This document shows, one piece after another, positions 36,949 to 46,082 of a DNA stretch of 64,000 nucleotides. The notes beneath the pieces were generated by a model. The model was not told where the DNA came from. It saw only the letters and a list, made by a program, of their open reading frames with translations, and ran no database searches. This DNA is from an uncultured Chloroflexia bacterium. GTDB taxonomy: Bacteria; Chloroflexota; Limnocylindria; Limnocylindrales; CSP1-4. The stretch covers positions 832,173 through 896,172 of the forward strand of contig OY970149.1 in assembly GCA_963706095.1 (NCBI GenBank). Reading direction: 5' to 3'. Within the stretch, counting starts at the first letter, position 1, and every line of letters begins with the position of its first letter. Made by a program: the position numbers and the translations under genes.

Positions 36949-37935
36949 CTAGTCGAGCGTGAAGTAGTCGGGCCCCTGGTAAGCGCCCGTGCGCTCCTTG
37001 CGGATTTGCATGAGCACGTCATTGAGCAGGCTGCTCGCGCCGAATCGGAACAGGTCAGGCGTCATCCAGCGCGGTCCGAGCGTCTCGTACAGGATCGTCA
37101 GGTACTGGATCGCTTCCTTGGCGGTGCGGATGCCGCCCGCCGGCTTCATTCCGACCACGCGCCCGGTTCGGGAGTGGAAATCGCGGATCGCCTCGAGCAT
37201 GACCAGGGTGACGGGCATGGTCGCCGCCGGGGTCACCTTGCCGGTTGAGGTCTTTATGAAGTCGGCGCCGGCGGCCATCGCCAGGATCGATGCGCGGCGC
37301 ACGTTGTCATACGTCTCGAGCTCTCCCGTCTCGAGGATGACCTTCAGGTGCGCGGGCCCGCACGCTTCCTTGACGGCCACGATCTCGTCGAAGACGTGGC
37401 GGTACTCGCCCTGCAGGAACGCACCGCGGTCGATGACCATGTCGATCTCGTCGGCACCCGCGGCAACGGCATCGCGCGTCTCGACGAGCTTCACATCCGT
37501 GAAGGTCTGGCCCGAGGGAAATCCGGTCGACACGCTTGCGACCTTGACCCCTGAGCCCGCGAGAGCACGCTTGGCGACGGGAATCATGGCGGGATAGATG
37601 CAGATCGCAGCAACGCTCGGGATGGTCGGATCGACCGGATCGGGGCGCATGCCCTTGGCGCACAGGGCGCGCACCTTGCCCTCTGTGTCCTTGCCTTCGA
37701 GAGTGGTCAAATCCATCATCCGGATCGCCAGATCGAGCGCCCAGAGCTTCGATTCCTTCTTGATCGAGCGCCGCTTCAGGCTCTCGACCCGCTCCTCGAT
37801 GCCCACCTGATCAACGCCGCCGACACGCTCGACGATGTCCTGAATGCCGTCCGCGCGGCCAACCCAGGCACGGACCAGGGCGCTCGCCTCGAGCTCCGCA
37901 GGTCGGGTGTCCTGGGCGTCTAGAACACGACTCAT
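36949..37935 (-). CDS. deoC: Deoxyribose-phosphate aldolase (long form)
   Basis: MDLTTLEG, ICIYP, DEIDMVI, Schiff-base motif ADFIKTSTGK, GMKPAGGIR. Confidence 0.8.
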   Translation of the reverse strand: MSRVLDAQDTRPAELEASALVRAWVGRADGIQDIVERVGGVDQVGIEERVESLKRRSIKKESKLWALDLAIRMMDLTTLEGKDTEGKVRALCAKGMRPDPVDPTIPSVAAICIYPAMIPVAKRALAGSGVKVASVSTGFPSGQTFTDVKLVETRDAVAAGADEIDMVIDRGAFLQGEYRHVFDEIVAVKEACGPAHLKVILETGELETYDNVRRASILAMAAGADFIKTSTGKVTPAATMPVTLVMLEAIRDFHSRTGRVVGMKPAGGIRTAKEAIQYLTILYETLGPRWMTPDLFRFGASSLLNDVLMQIRKERTGAYQGPDYFTLD

Positions 37936-38014
37936 CAGGTACTGATCTTAACCCGCCAGCCACCCGCTGCCCAGTGTCGCAATCAGTTTGCACTTGACAT
38001 CGCTGGCTCTTGAG

Positions 38015-38030
38015 GTGACCTTGTGGTCAC
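38015..38030. promoter_or_regulatory. Palindrome GTGACCttgtGGTCAC abutting the ArsR-family start codon (copy 3, likely autoregulatory operator)
   Basis: Seen directly. It ends 1 nt before ATG 38031. A TTGACA hexamer lies about 16 nt upstream. Confidence 0.55.
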
Positions 38031-38312
38031 ATGACCCGACAAGACGCAGCCAACTCGCTCGATTCTTTGCTCGGCGCGCTGGCCGAGCCGACTCGAAGGC
38101 GGCTCTTCGAGCGCATCGTCCGCGAGCCCGGGCTGGCGACCTCACAGCTCACCGCCACGACCACCGACATAACACGGTGGGCAGTGATGAAGCACCTGGC
38201 GGTGCTGCGCCAGGCGGGCCTGGTGCAGACGATGGCCACGGGCCGGCTGCGCCGCCACTACGCGGAACGCGCCGCGCTGGAGCCCCTTCGGACGTGGCTC
38301 TCCGAGCGCTGA
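38031..38312 (+). CDS. ArsR/SmtB-family winged-helix transcriptional regulator (no Cys, no obvious metal site)
   Basis: LGALAEPTRRRLFERI....LATSQL......ITRWAVMKHLAVLRQAGLV, the canonical ArsR HTH. The 93-aa sequence contains no cysteine. Confidence 0.75.
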   Translation: MTRQDAANSLDSLLGALAEPTRRRLFERIVREPGLATSQLTATTTDITRWAVMKHLAVLRQAGLVQTMATGRLRRHYAERAALEPLRTWLSER

Positions 38313-38315
38313 CCC

Positions 38316-39296
38316 TCAGCGCGGCGTGGTCAGCTCTGCCAGCGCGCTGAGCCAGTCGTCGCCGAAGCTGGCGCGGGCGAGGATCGCACCGTCGCGCAGG
38401 CTCGCATCGGACACCTCGGCTTCGGGCAGGTTGAGCTTCTCGAGGATCGCGCGCACGATGGCCACGCCGGCGGCGAGCTGGCGGGCGCGCCGCGGCCGCA
38501 CCTCAAACAGACTCACGACCTCGTCGGCGGGCACGCGCGCGAGCGTGGCCAGGTCCTCCTCGAGGTGCTGCCTGTCGAGGCGCCCAAGGCGTGCGATGTT
38601 CGTTGCCGTGCCGCCCACGAAGACGGCGCTGCCGATCGAGCCCGGTGCAATGTCGGGCCACTGAGCAGCCTCGACGACCGCCCGCGCGGTGGCGACCAGA
38701 TCGTCGATCTCGGCCCACGTCGGCGGATCGTTGTGCACGCGCGAGTTCGTCAGGCGCGCCGAGCCGATGGCGAGCGGGACGACCTCGAGGGCACGGCCGG
38801 GCACATGGAGCGAAAGCTCGGTCGAGCCGCCGCCGATGTCGGCGACGGCAAACGCCTGGTCGAGCGAGGACCCCGCAGTTACGCCGAGGAAGGTCAGCTC
38901 GGCTTCCTGCTGCACCGTCAGGACGTGCATCGGCATGCCCAGGTAACGCGACACGGCGGTGACCAGCTCGTCACCGTTCGCGGCGCGGCGCAGCGGCTCG
39001 GTGCCGATTACGACGATGTCCGTTGCGCCCGCATTGCGCGCCGCCTGGCGCATCACGAGCAGCGAGTCGACCACCTGCTGCAGCTGCTCATCGGGGATGT
39101 GACCCTTGGCGTGGACGACGTCGCCCAGGCCGATCAGGTCGCTGCGGTCGTCGAGCGGCGTGAGCGTGCCCAGCATCCCGGACGAGGAGCCCGAGCCTGA
39201 GCCACTGGGCGTCTTGACTCGCGCCACGAGCAGGTGCGCGCTGTTGCTGCCGACGTCGACCGCGGCGCGTATCGATTTGCTCGGTCGAGTTGTCAC
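38316..39296 (-). CDS. ppx: Ppx/GppA-family exopolyphosphatase
   Basis: AAVDVGSNSAHLLVA, DIGGGSTEL, the ASKHA-fold motifs of Ppx/GppA. Confidence 0.75.
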   Translation of the reverse strand: MTTRPSKSIRAAVDVGSNSAHLLVARVKTPSGSGSGSSSGMLGTLTPLDDRSDLIGLGDVVHAKGHIPDEQLQQVVDSLLVMRQAARNAGATDIVVIGTEPLRRAANGDELVTAVSRYLGMPMHVLTVQQEAELTFLGVTAGSSLDQAFAVADIGGGSTELSLHVPGRALEVVPLAIGSARLTNSRVHNDPPTWAEIDDLVATARAVVEAAQWPDIAPGSIGSAVFVGGTATNIARLGRLDRQHLEEDLATLARVPADEVVSLFEVRPRRARQLAAGVAIVRAILEKLNLPEAEVSDASLRDGAILARASFGDDWLSALAELTTPR

Positions 39297-39368
39297 GGCT
39301 GCAGTGTCGCCGCTGGCGACGTGCGCGCAACGCCTCGACGCGCCGAATTCGTTAACGTTTCAAGCGTC

Positions 39369-40199
39369 GTGACTTCGCTCTTCTCCCGTCGCAGCCTGCT
39401 CGTTACTGCCCTGCTCCTGTGTGCGCTGGTCGCGGCGCCGGCCGGGCCGGCGGGCGCCGCGACGTGGCCGGGCCGCATGTCGATCTGGCACGGCAGTGCG
39501 TTTGCGCCGCAATACCTCGACGCATCGTGCGTCGGCGCCACGATCCAGATCATGCTCAACGTCATTCACAACCGGTCGAGCGACGGCAAGGGCGTGCAAC
39601 TCGAGTACCTCGATTACGCAGCCGACAACAGCGAGTACCCGGTGACCGATGGCGGCGCAGACCCAGAAGGCTGGGCGATGGCCATGCGGCGCTACGGTGG
39701 CGGCGACGACTACGGCTGGGTGAACGACGACACGATCGAGCAGGCGCTCCATCGTGCTGCGAGCCAGATGCGCAAGACCGGCAAGCCAGTCGGCCTGCTC
39801 GTCCACTTCGGACGCCACGCATGGGTCATGACCGGCTTCGAGGCAACCGCGGACCCGAACGTGACCAACGACTACGAGGTGACTGCCGCGGAGGTCGTCG
39901 GTCCACTGTGGCCGAGTGGCACGCTCAACGGCACGAAGTTCGACCCGGGTCCGCGGACGTGGCAGGACGTGCGCACGCTTTCGCGCAAGTTCGACGAGTA
40001 CGTCGTGCCCGGCCACACGATCTGGTTCGACAAGTTCGTCACGATCGTGCCCCGCGCGAGCGACACCAGCCATCTCGCGGGTCGGCCCGAGCAGCCCAAC
40101 GCCGATCTGCCCGACCTGGCATCGGCGGCCGGCTGGATCTGGGTCTTCAATCGCCTCGCACAGCGCTTCCCGGTGCGCGGCTTCCTGTGGCTCCCGTGA
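39369..40199 (+). CDS. Secreted papain-like (C39-like) cysteine peptidase domain protein (tentative)
   Basis: Signal peptide ...LLLCALVAAPAGPAGAA. Candidate catalytic Cys in QYLDASCVGATIQIML and His in GRHAWVMTGF. Confidence 0.4.
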   Translation: MTSLFSRRSLLVTALLLCALVAAPAGPAGAATWPGRMSIWHGSAFAPQYLDASCVGATIQIMLNVIHNRSSDGKGVQLEYLDYAADNSEYPVTDGGADPEGWAMAMRRYGGGDDYGWVNDDTIEQALHRAASQMRKTGKPVGLLVHFGRHAWVMTGFEATADPNVTNDYEVTAAEVVGPLWPSGTLNGTKFDPGPRTWQDVRTLSRKFDEYVVPGHTIWFDKFVTIVPRASDTSHLAGRPEQPNADLPDLASAAGWIWVFNRLAQRFPVRGFLWLP

Positions 40200-40228
40200 C
40201 CTTTTTCACGTCGTGACCTCGTTCACGT
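40195..40228. repeat. Tandem 17-nt direct repeat; each unit is an inverted repeat CGTGA-N6-TCACG
   Basis: CGTGACCTTTTTCACGT / CGTGACCTCGTTCACGT (15/17 identical). Unit 1 contains the peptidase stop and unit 2 contains the DUF971 GTG start. Confidence 0.8.
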
Positions 40229-40602
40229 CGGGCGGGGAGTACCTCGTCCCGACCGCCGTCCACGCCGACCGCGCGGCGCAGCAGCTCGAGCTCACGTGGC
40301 CCGACGGGCACGTCACCCGCTACGACTTCCTCACCCTGCGCTGGCTGTGCCCGTGCGCCTATTGCCGCGGCGAGGCCGGCATTCCTGGCTGGCTCGACTC
40401 GAATCCGACGCTCAGCCCGGCGCAGACGGAGCTGACCGATCTTGCGCTCGTCGGCAGCTACGCCCTTCAGCCGACCTGGGCCGATGGGCACCACACCGGC
40501 TTTTACACGTTCCATCGGCTGCGCGAGGAGTGTCCGTGCGCCGAGGACACGGCCGCGCGCCGAGTCGCAACGGGTGCCACGGCCCGACCGCGGCTGGGCT
40601 GA
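40213..40602 (+). CDS. DUF971 (gamma-butyrobetaine-hydroxylase N-terminal-like, Zn-binding) protein
   Basis: LELTWPDGHVTRYDFLTLRWLCPCAYCRGE ... ALQPTWADGHHTGFYTFHRLRE.CPC. Confidence 0.65.
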   Translation: MTSFTSGGEYLVPTAVHADRAAQQLELTWPDGHVTRYDFLTLRWLCPCAYCRGEAGIPGWLDSNPTLSPAQTELTDLALVGSYALQPTWADGHHTGFYTFHRLREECPCAEDTAARRVATGATARPRLG

Positions 40603-40654
40603 GGGTTTGAGTACCAAAGACCGGTAGCGCGGCGGTGCCACAAGGCACCACCAT

Positions 40655-42866
40655 GTGGCTCGTGCAGACCCGAGCGCTAGACTGAGCCGCCCCATGGCAG
40701 TCACGCGCGAATCAGACAATGAAACCGCCACCGGATCGACGCCGGTGCGCGATCGTATGCCCGCCGTACGGCCCCGCCGCAGGGCGCGCGCCGACATCCC
40801 GTACATCAACCGCGAGCTGTCGTGGCTGGAGTTCAACGATCGCGTGCTCTTCGAGGCGGTCGACGAGCGCAACCCGCTGCTCGAGCGGGTGCGCTTCCTC
40901 TCGATCTTCGCGAGCAACCTCGACGAGTTCTTCCAGGTTCGCGTCGCCGGCCTGAAGCAGCAGGTCGCCGCGGGGCGCTCGTCGCCGACGCCGGACGGCA
41001 TGAGCGCTGCCGAGACGCTCGATGCCATCGCGCACGCGCCTTCTGCCGATGGTCGCGCGCCACTCGGAGACGTTCGCGATCATCCGCGCCGAGCTGGCCG
41101 AGGAGGAGATCCGCATCGTCGGCTACGAGCGAGCGGCCGGAGCGCCATGTCGAGCTGCGTGAGCGCTTCTTCGACGAGATCTTCCCCGTGCTGACGCCGC
41201 TCGCCGTCGACCCCGGACATCCCTTCCCGTACATCAGCGACCTTTCGCTCTCGCTCGCGGTGACGCGTGCGCGACCCCGAGAGCGGCGAGCGACTGTTCG
41301 CGCGGATCAAGGTGCCGCCCATCCTGCCGCGGCTGATGGAAGTCGCGCCGCAGACGTACGTGCTGCTCGAGCAGGTCATCGCCGCCAACCTCGACGCGCT
41401 CTTCCCGGGCATGGAGGTCATCGAGCACCACCTCTTCCGAGTCACGCGCAACGCCGACCTCTCGATCGAGGAGGAGGAGGCGCCCGACCTGCTGATGGCG
41501 ATCGAGGAGGAGCTGCGCAAGCGGCGCTTCGGCAAGGTCGTCCGGCTCGAGATCGAGCGCTCGATGCCCCACCCGACGCGGCAGCTGCTGATGCGCGGCC
41601 TGGGCATCGAGCCGGCTGACGTCTACGAGATCGCGGGCATGCTCGATCTCGACGGCCCTCAACGCAATCGCCGATCTCGACGTGCCCGAGCTGCTTCATC
41701 CCGTGCCTGCAGCCGGTCACCCCGCCGCGACTGCAGGCACCCGATCCCGACGAAGAGGCCGACATCTTCGCGGCTATCCGTGCCGGCGACCTTCTGATCC
41801 ATCACCCGTACGAGTCCTTCGCGAGCATCTGTCCAGCGCTTCATCGAGCAGGCCGCCGACGATCCTGACGTGCTGACGATCAAGCAGACGCTGTACCGCA
41901 CCAGCGGCGATTCGCCCATCGTTCGAGCGCTCATCCGCGCCGCCGAGTCGGGCAAGCAGGTGGTCGTCCTGGTCGAGATCAAGGCGCGCTTCGACGAGCA
42001 GGCCAACATCGTCTGGGCACGCGCACTGGAGAAGGCCGGCGCCCACGTCACCTACGGGTTGGTCGGGCTGAAGACGCACTCGAAGGTCGCCCTGGTAGTC
42101 CGGCGCGAGGGCCGTGGCCTGCGTCGCTACGTGCACATCGGAACCGGCAACTACAACCCGCGGACAGCGCGCAGTACGTCGACCTGGGCCTGCTGACGAC
42201 CGACATGGAGCTTGGCGCCGACGTGACCGAGCTCTTCAACCTGCTGACCGGCCACTCGCGCCAGAAGCGCTACCGGCGGCTGCTCGTTGCCCCGACGACG
42301 CTGCGCATCGGGCTTGAGCGAGATGATCGACCGAGAGCGCCAGCGCCAGATCGAGCACGGCGACGGTCGCATCGTCATCAAGTGCAACGCCATCGTCGAC
42401 CCGCAGCTGATCCGGGCGCTGTACGAGGCGGGTGCGGCAGGCGTGCAGATCGACCTGATCGTGCGCGGCATGTGCTCGCTCCGGCCGGGCGTGCCCGGGC
42501 TGTCGCGAGACGATCCGCGTGCGCTCGGTCGTCGGCCGGTTCCTCGAGCACTCGCGCATCTTCGTCTTCGGCCGCGACGATCGCGAGCAGTTCTTCATCG
42601 GCTCGGCCGACTTCATGGAGCGCAACCTCGACCGTCGCGTCGAGGCCATCGCACCCGTGCTCGAGGCCGATGCAAGGGCGCGGCTGCGGCGAACCATCGA
42701 GATCATGCTCGAGGACGATCGCCGAGCGTGGCAACTTGCCGCGGACGACCGATGGACGCGTGTCGAGGACACGATCGAGGAGCGCCGTGGCATCGACACC
42801 TTCGAGGCCGTGATGCAGGAGGCACAAGCCCAGGCTCAGGCCCCGGCGACGCTCGCCGTACCGTGA
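40655..42866 (+). pseudogene. ppk1: Polyphosphate kinase 1; about 9 frame changes as assembled
   Basis: [102 protein letters not shown] and [10 protein letters not shown] are spread over fragments in frames 2>0>1>2>0>1>2>1>2>0. Confidence 0.85.
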
Positions 42867-44494
42867 CCGATCGCCGGTCGCGTCGCACGCCCGCGGATGA
42901 GCGTGAGCTCGAGCTCAAGTATTCGGTCAACGACGAGCCCGGCGTCCGCGCCCTGTTGGACGGGGAGCGGCTGGCCGGGTTCGAGTGCGGGCCATGGCGC
43001 ACGGTCGAGGTAGAAGACCGCTATCTGGACACGAGCGATCGCGCCCTTGCGGCGACCGGCTACGGCGCCCGCCTGCGTGGCGTGGGCGGGCGCAGCGTGG
43101 TCACGGTAAAGAAGGAGATCGGTGCGGCGCCGCGAACGCGCAGCGTGCGTCCGAGTCGTGCCCTGAGCGATCGCATGGAGCTCGAGGCGCCCGCTGGCCG
43201 CGGGCTTGATCCGCGCCGCTGGCCCGAGAGCGCAGCACGGTCCCTCATCGAGGCGGCATCGCGCGGCCAGCCGCTGCGCACCCTCTTCGAGATCAACCAG
43301 CGGCGCGAAGAGCGCGACCTGCTCCAGGATGGCGAGGTGGTCGCCCGGCTGTCGCTCGACTCGGCCACAGTGCGCCGCTTCGGCCGCGCGAGGGGCAGCT
43401 TCACGACGCTCGAGATCGAGGCCGCGCGCGAGCTTGCCGATGACCGGCGCGTCGTGCTCGATCAGCTGGCGACGGTGTTCGACGATGTCGCCGAGCTGCG
43501 GCCCGAGCCGCGCTCGAAGATGCAGCTGGCGGCGCAGGTCATCGCCCGCGGCACGGAGACCAAACGTGCGGCGCGTCCGCCTCGCCAGCCGGGCGTCGTC
43601 CGTGATGATCCGCTCAGCGAAGCCGGGCGCAAGATCCTGCGCCTGCACATGCTGCGCATGCTCGCCGCCGAGCCCGGCGTGCGTGCCGGCCGTGACCCAG
43701 AGCACGTCCACAAGATGCGCGTTGCCACGCGGCGCATGCGCGCCGCGTGGCGCGTGTTCGATGGCGCGTACAGGCCTCGTTTCGCGCGGCGCTACGTCGA
43801 CGAGCTGCGCACCGTGGCCGCCGCGCTCGGCGGCGTGCGCGATCAGGACGTGCAGCTCGAGCGGCTGAATGCGTTTCGGACTGGTGAGGACTCCCCGACC
43901 GGTGCTGGGCTGGACCCGCTCGCCGCCGAGTGGCAGCGCCGGCGCAACGTGGCGCGGGGGACCTTGATCGACCTTCTCGACTCGGAGCTGTATGACGGCT
44001 TCACGACCGACTACCTGGTCTTCGTCGAGACACCCGGTGCAGGTGCCAATGGCAACGAGCGCGTCGCCGACGTTGCCGGGGGCCGGATCTGGCGCGCGTA
44101 CGAGCGGCTGCGCGCGCATGACGTGACGCTGGCCTGGGCCGACACCGCGGCCCTGCACGAGCTGCGCATCGACGGCAAGCGCTTCCGCTACGCGCTCGAA
44201 TTCTTCAAAGAGGTGCTCGACGAGGGCGCGGACAGCGTCATCGCCGACGTGACGCGGCTGCAGGACCACCTGGGCAACCTCAACGACGCGCACATCAGCG
44301 CCGATCTCACACGCACGTGGCTGCTCGAAGCCGCGGCTGGGCTGACAACCGAGCAGCGCGACGCGGTGGGCGCCTACCTGCACGCCAACGAGCAGGACGT
44401 AGCGCGGCTGACGCGCTCGTTCGGTCCGCTCTGGCGGGCCCTCACCGGGCGGCCATTTCGACGGCGCCTCGGATCCGTCGTCTCGTCGGTCTGA
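42863..44494 (+). CDS. CYTH (triphosphate tunnel metalloenzyme) - CHAD domain protein
   Basis: The GTG overlaps the ppk1 stop (GTGA). ExExK motif [12 protein letters not shown] region [17 protein letters not shown] ... [17 protein letters not shown]. An uninterrupted 543 codons. Confidence 0.75.
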   Translation: MTDRRSRRTPADERELELKYSVNDEPGVRALLDGERLAGFECGPWRTVEVEDRYLDTSDRALAATGYGARLRGVGGRSVVTVKKEIGAAPRTRSVRPSRALSDRMELEAPAGRGLDPRRWPESAARSLIEAASRGQPLRTLFEINQRREERDLLQDGEVVARLSLDSATVRRFGRARGSFTTLEIEAARELADDRRVVLDQLATVFDDVAELRPEPRSKMQLAAQVIARGTETKRAARPPRQPGVVRDDPLSEAGRKILRLHMLRMLAAEPGVRAGRDPEHVHKMRVATRRMRAAWRVFDGAYRPRFARRYVDELRTVAAALGGVRDQDVQLERLNAFRTGEDSPTGAGLDPLAAEWQRRRNVARGTLIDLLDSELYDGFTTDYLVFVETPGAGANGNERVADVAGGRIWRAYERLRAHDVTLAWADTAALHELRIDGKRFRYALEFFKEVLDEGADSVIADVTRLQDHLGNLNDAHISADLTRTWLLEAAAGLTTEQRDAVGAYLHANEQDVARLTRSFGPLWRALTGRPFRRRLGSVVSSV

Positions 44495-44498
44495 GCGA

Positions 44499-44542
44499 GT
44501 TAACCGGCCCTTAACCGGGCGCCAACGAGACGTTCACCGACG
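44499..44542 (+). promoter_or_regulatory. Array A of four phased 11-nt direct-repeat units (PHO-box-like)
   Basis: GTTAACCGGCC|CTTAACCGGGC|GCCAACGAGAC|GTTCACCGACG, read directly, about 260-300 nt upstream of pstS. Confidence 0.45.
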
Positions 44543-44667
44543 GCCCAGAACATCGCCGTGGAATACATCGAGGGTTCGCACAGAGCCCACTGGGAGGGCT
44601 CCCGCCTCCCTCCTCCTTGACCGCCGGGGCCGGTACGCCGACCGCCCCGGCGGTTGCCGTTGAGGCC

Positions 44668-44711
44668 GTTAACAAAGCCTTAACAACGAACAAACGCCGC
44701 GTTGAAACAGC
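44668..44711 (+). promoter_or_regulatory. Array B of four phased 11-nt direct-repeat units (PHO-box-like)
   Basis: GTTAACAAAGC|CTTAACAACGA|ACAAACGCCGC|GTTGAAACAGC, about 90-135 nt upstream of the pstS ATG. Same unit pattern as array A. Confidence 0.5.
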
Positions 44712-44801
44712 GGCTCGACCGTTGGCGCATCCGAATAACGGAGTGCCGGGTTGGCGCGCCCGAGTGGGGCGGACCGGCGAACTAGGAGGAAGCAACACCA
44801 C

Positions 44802-45980
44802 ATGCATGGAACTCTGACCCGCCTCGTTCTCCTCGCAGTCGTCGCGATGTTTGTCGCGGTCGCCTGCGGCGGCGGCGGGGCCACAACCGCACCGACCCAG
44901 GCCACGGCCACTTCCGGAGCGGGCACATCAGCACCTGCCACGGATGAGCCGGCGGCAACGGATGGGCCAGCGGCCACCGATGAGCCAGCAGCAACGGATG
45001 GGCCAGCAGCAACGGATGAGCCCACGACCGAAGTCCCGACCGGCATCGCCGGCAGCGTCGACATCCATGGATCGTCGACCGTCGCGCCAATCTCGAACGC
45101 CGTCGCCGAAGACATCCAAGAGGTGAACCCGGAGTTCGAGCTTCGTCGTCGGCGAAGAGGGCACCGGCGCCGGCTTCGAGGACTTCTTCTGCGTCGACGG
45201 CTCGGACATCTCCGACGCGTCGCGCCAGATCAGGGCCAGTGATCCGGAGACCGAGGATCGCCGAGGAGTCCGACATCTGCGCCGAGAACGGCGTCGAGTT
45301 CGTCGAGCTCAAGGTCGCCTACGACGGCCTCGCGGTCATCACGCAGCCCTGAGAATCCGCTGACATGCCTGACGTTCGCCGACCTCTACGCCCTGATGGG
45401 CCCCGAGGCAGACGCGATCGCCAACTGGAACGACGCTGAGGCGCTGGCCCAGGAGCTTGGGTCCACGACCGACCTGCCCGACGCAGCAGCTGTCGATCAC
45501 CGCACCGGGCGATGAGTCCGGCACCTACGACAGCTTCATCGAACTGGTGATGGGCGACTTCATCGAGGAGCGCGAGGCCGAGGAGCGGCTGCGCACTCCG
45601 GGCGACGTCTACGTCGCATCGCCCAACGACAACGTCATCATCCAGGGCGTCGTCGGCTTCCCGTCATCGCTCGGCTTCGTGGGCCTGGCCTACGCTGAGG
45701 AGAACGCCGACATCGTCAAGATCCTCGAGATCGACGGCGGCGACGGTTGCGTCGCTCCCTCGTCCGAGACGGTCTCGGACGGCACGTATCCCGATCTCGC
45801 GCCCGCTGTTCATCTACCCCAACCTGGGCCGGGCAGCGAGCAACGCCGCAATCGTGGCCTACGTCGACTACTACCTGTCGGACGAGCGGCATCGCCAACG
45901 CAGCCGAGGTCGGCTACGTCCAGCTGCCGACGGAGGAGCTCGAGGCCACCCGCGCCGCGTGGGAGGCAGCCAAGCCCTAG
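44802..45980 (+). pseudogene. pstS: Phosphate ABC transporter substrate-binding lipoprotein; about 6 +1 shifts
   Basis: RBS AGGAGGA, lipobox FVAVAC. Pieces: GSVDIHGSSTVAPI, FVVGEEGTGAGFEDF, ISDASRQI, NGVEFVELKVAYDGLAVI, APGDESGTYDSF, GFVGLAY, YPISRPLFIY-like, EVGYVQLP. They lie in frames 0>1>2>0>1>2>0. Confidence 0.8.
44937..45026 (+). repeat. Coding tandem repeat, 18 nt x5, encoding (ATD[EG]PA)5 linker of PstS
   Basis: ATDEPAATDGPAATDEPAATDGPAATDEPT, read from the ORF track and DNA. Confidence 0.85.
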
Positions 45981-46007
45981 GACCGACTCAACCAGTCACT
46001 CCTCCAA

Positions 46008-46039
46008 CAGGCAGGCCGGTCTCCTCACCGGCCTGCCTG
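46008..46039 (+). promoter_or_regulatory. Intercistronic hairpin between pstS and pstC
   Basis: Perfect 12-bp stem CAGGCAGGCCGG / CCGGCCTGCCTG with an 8-nt loop and no T-tract. This is the usual position for a pstS mRNA-stabilising or attenuating structure. Confidence 0.5.
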
Positions 46040-46082
46040 CCCCTTCCGCTTCCGCTCAACCACTGCGATCCTTCAGGAGACC

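Noticed and set aside
42287-42862. The first part of the 735-aa ORF read as an N-terminal domain of the CYTH-CHAD protein.
   Set aside because: This segment contains one frame fragment of ppk1 ([40 protein letters not shown]) followed by out-of-frame ppk1 sequence. CYTH begins at the GTG at 42863.
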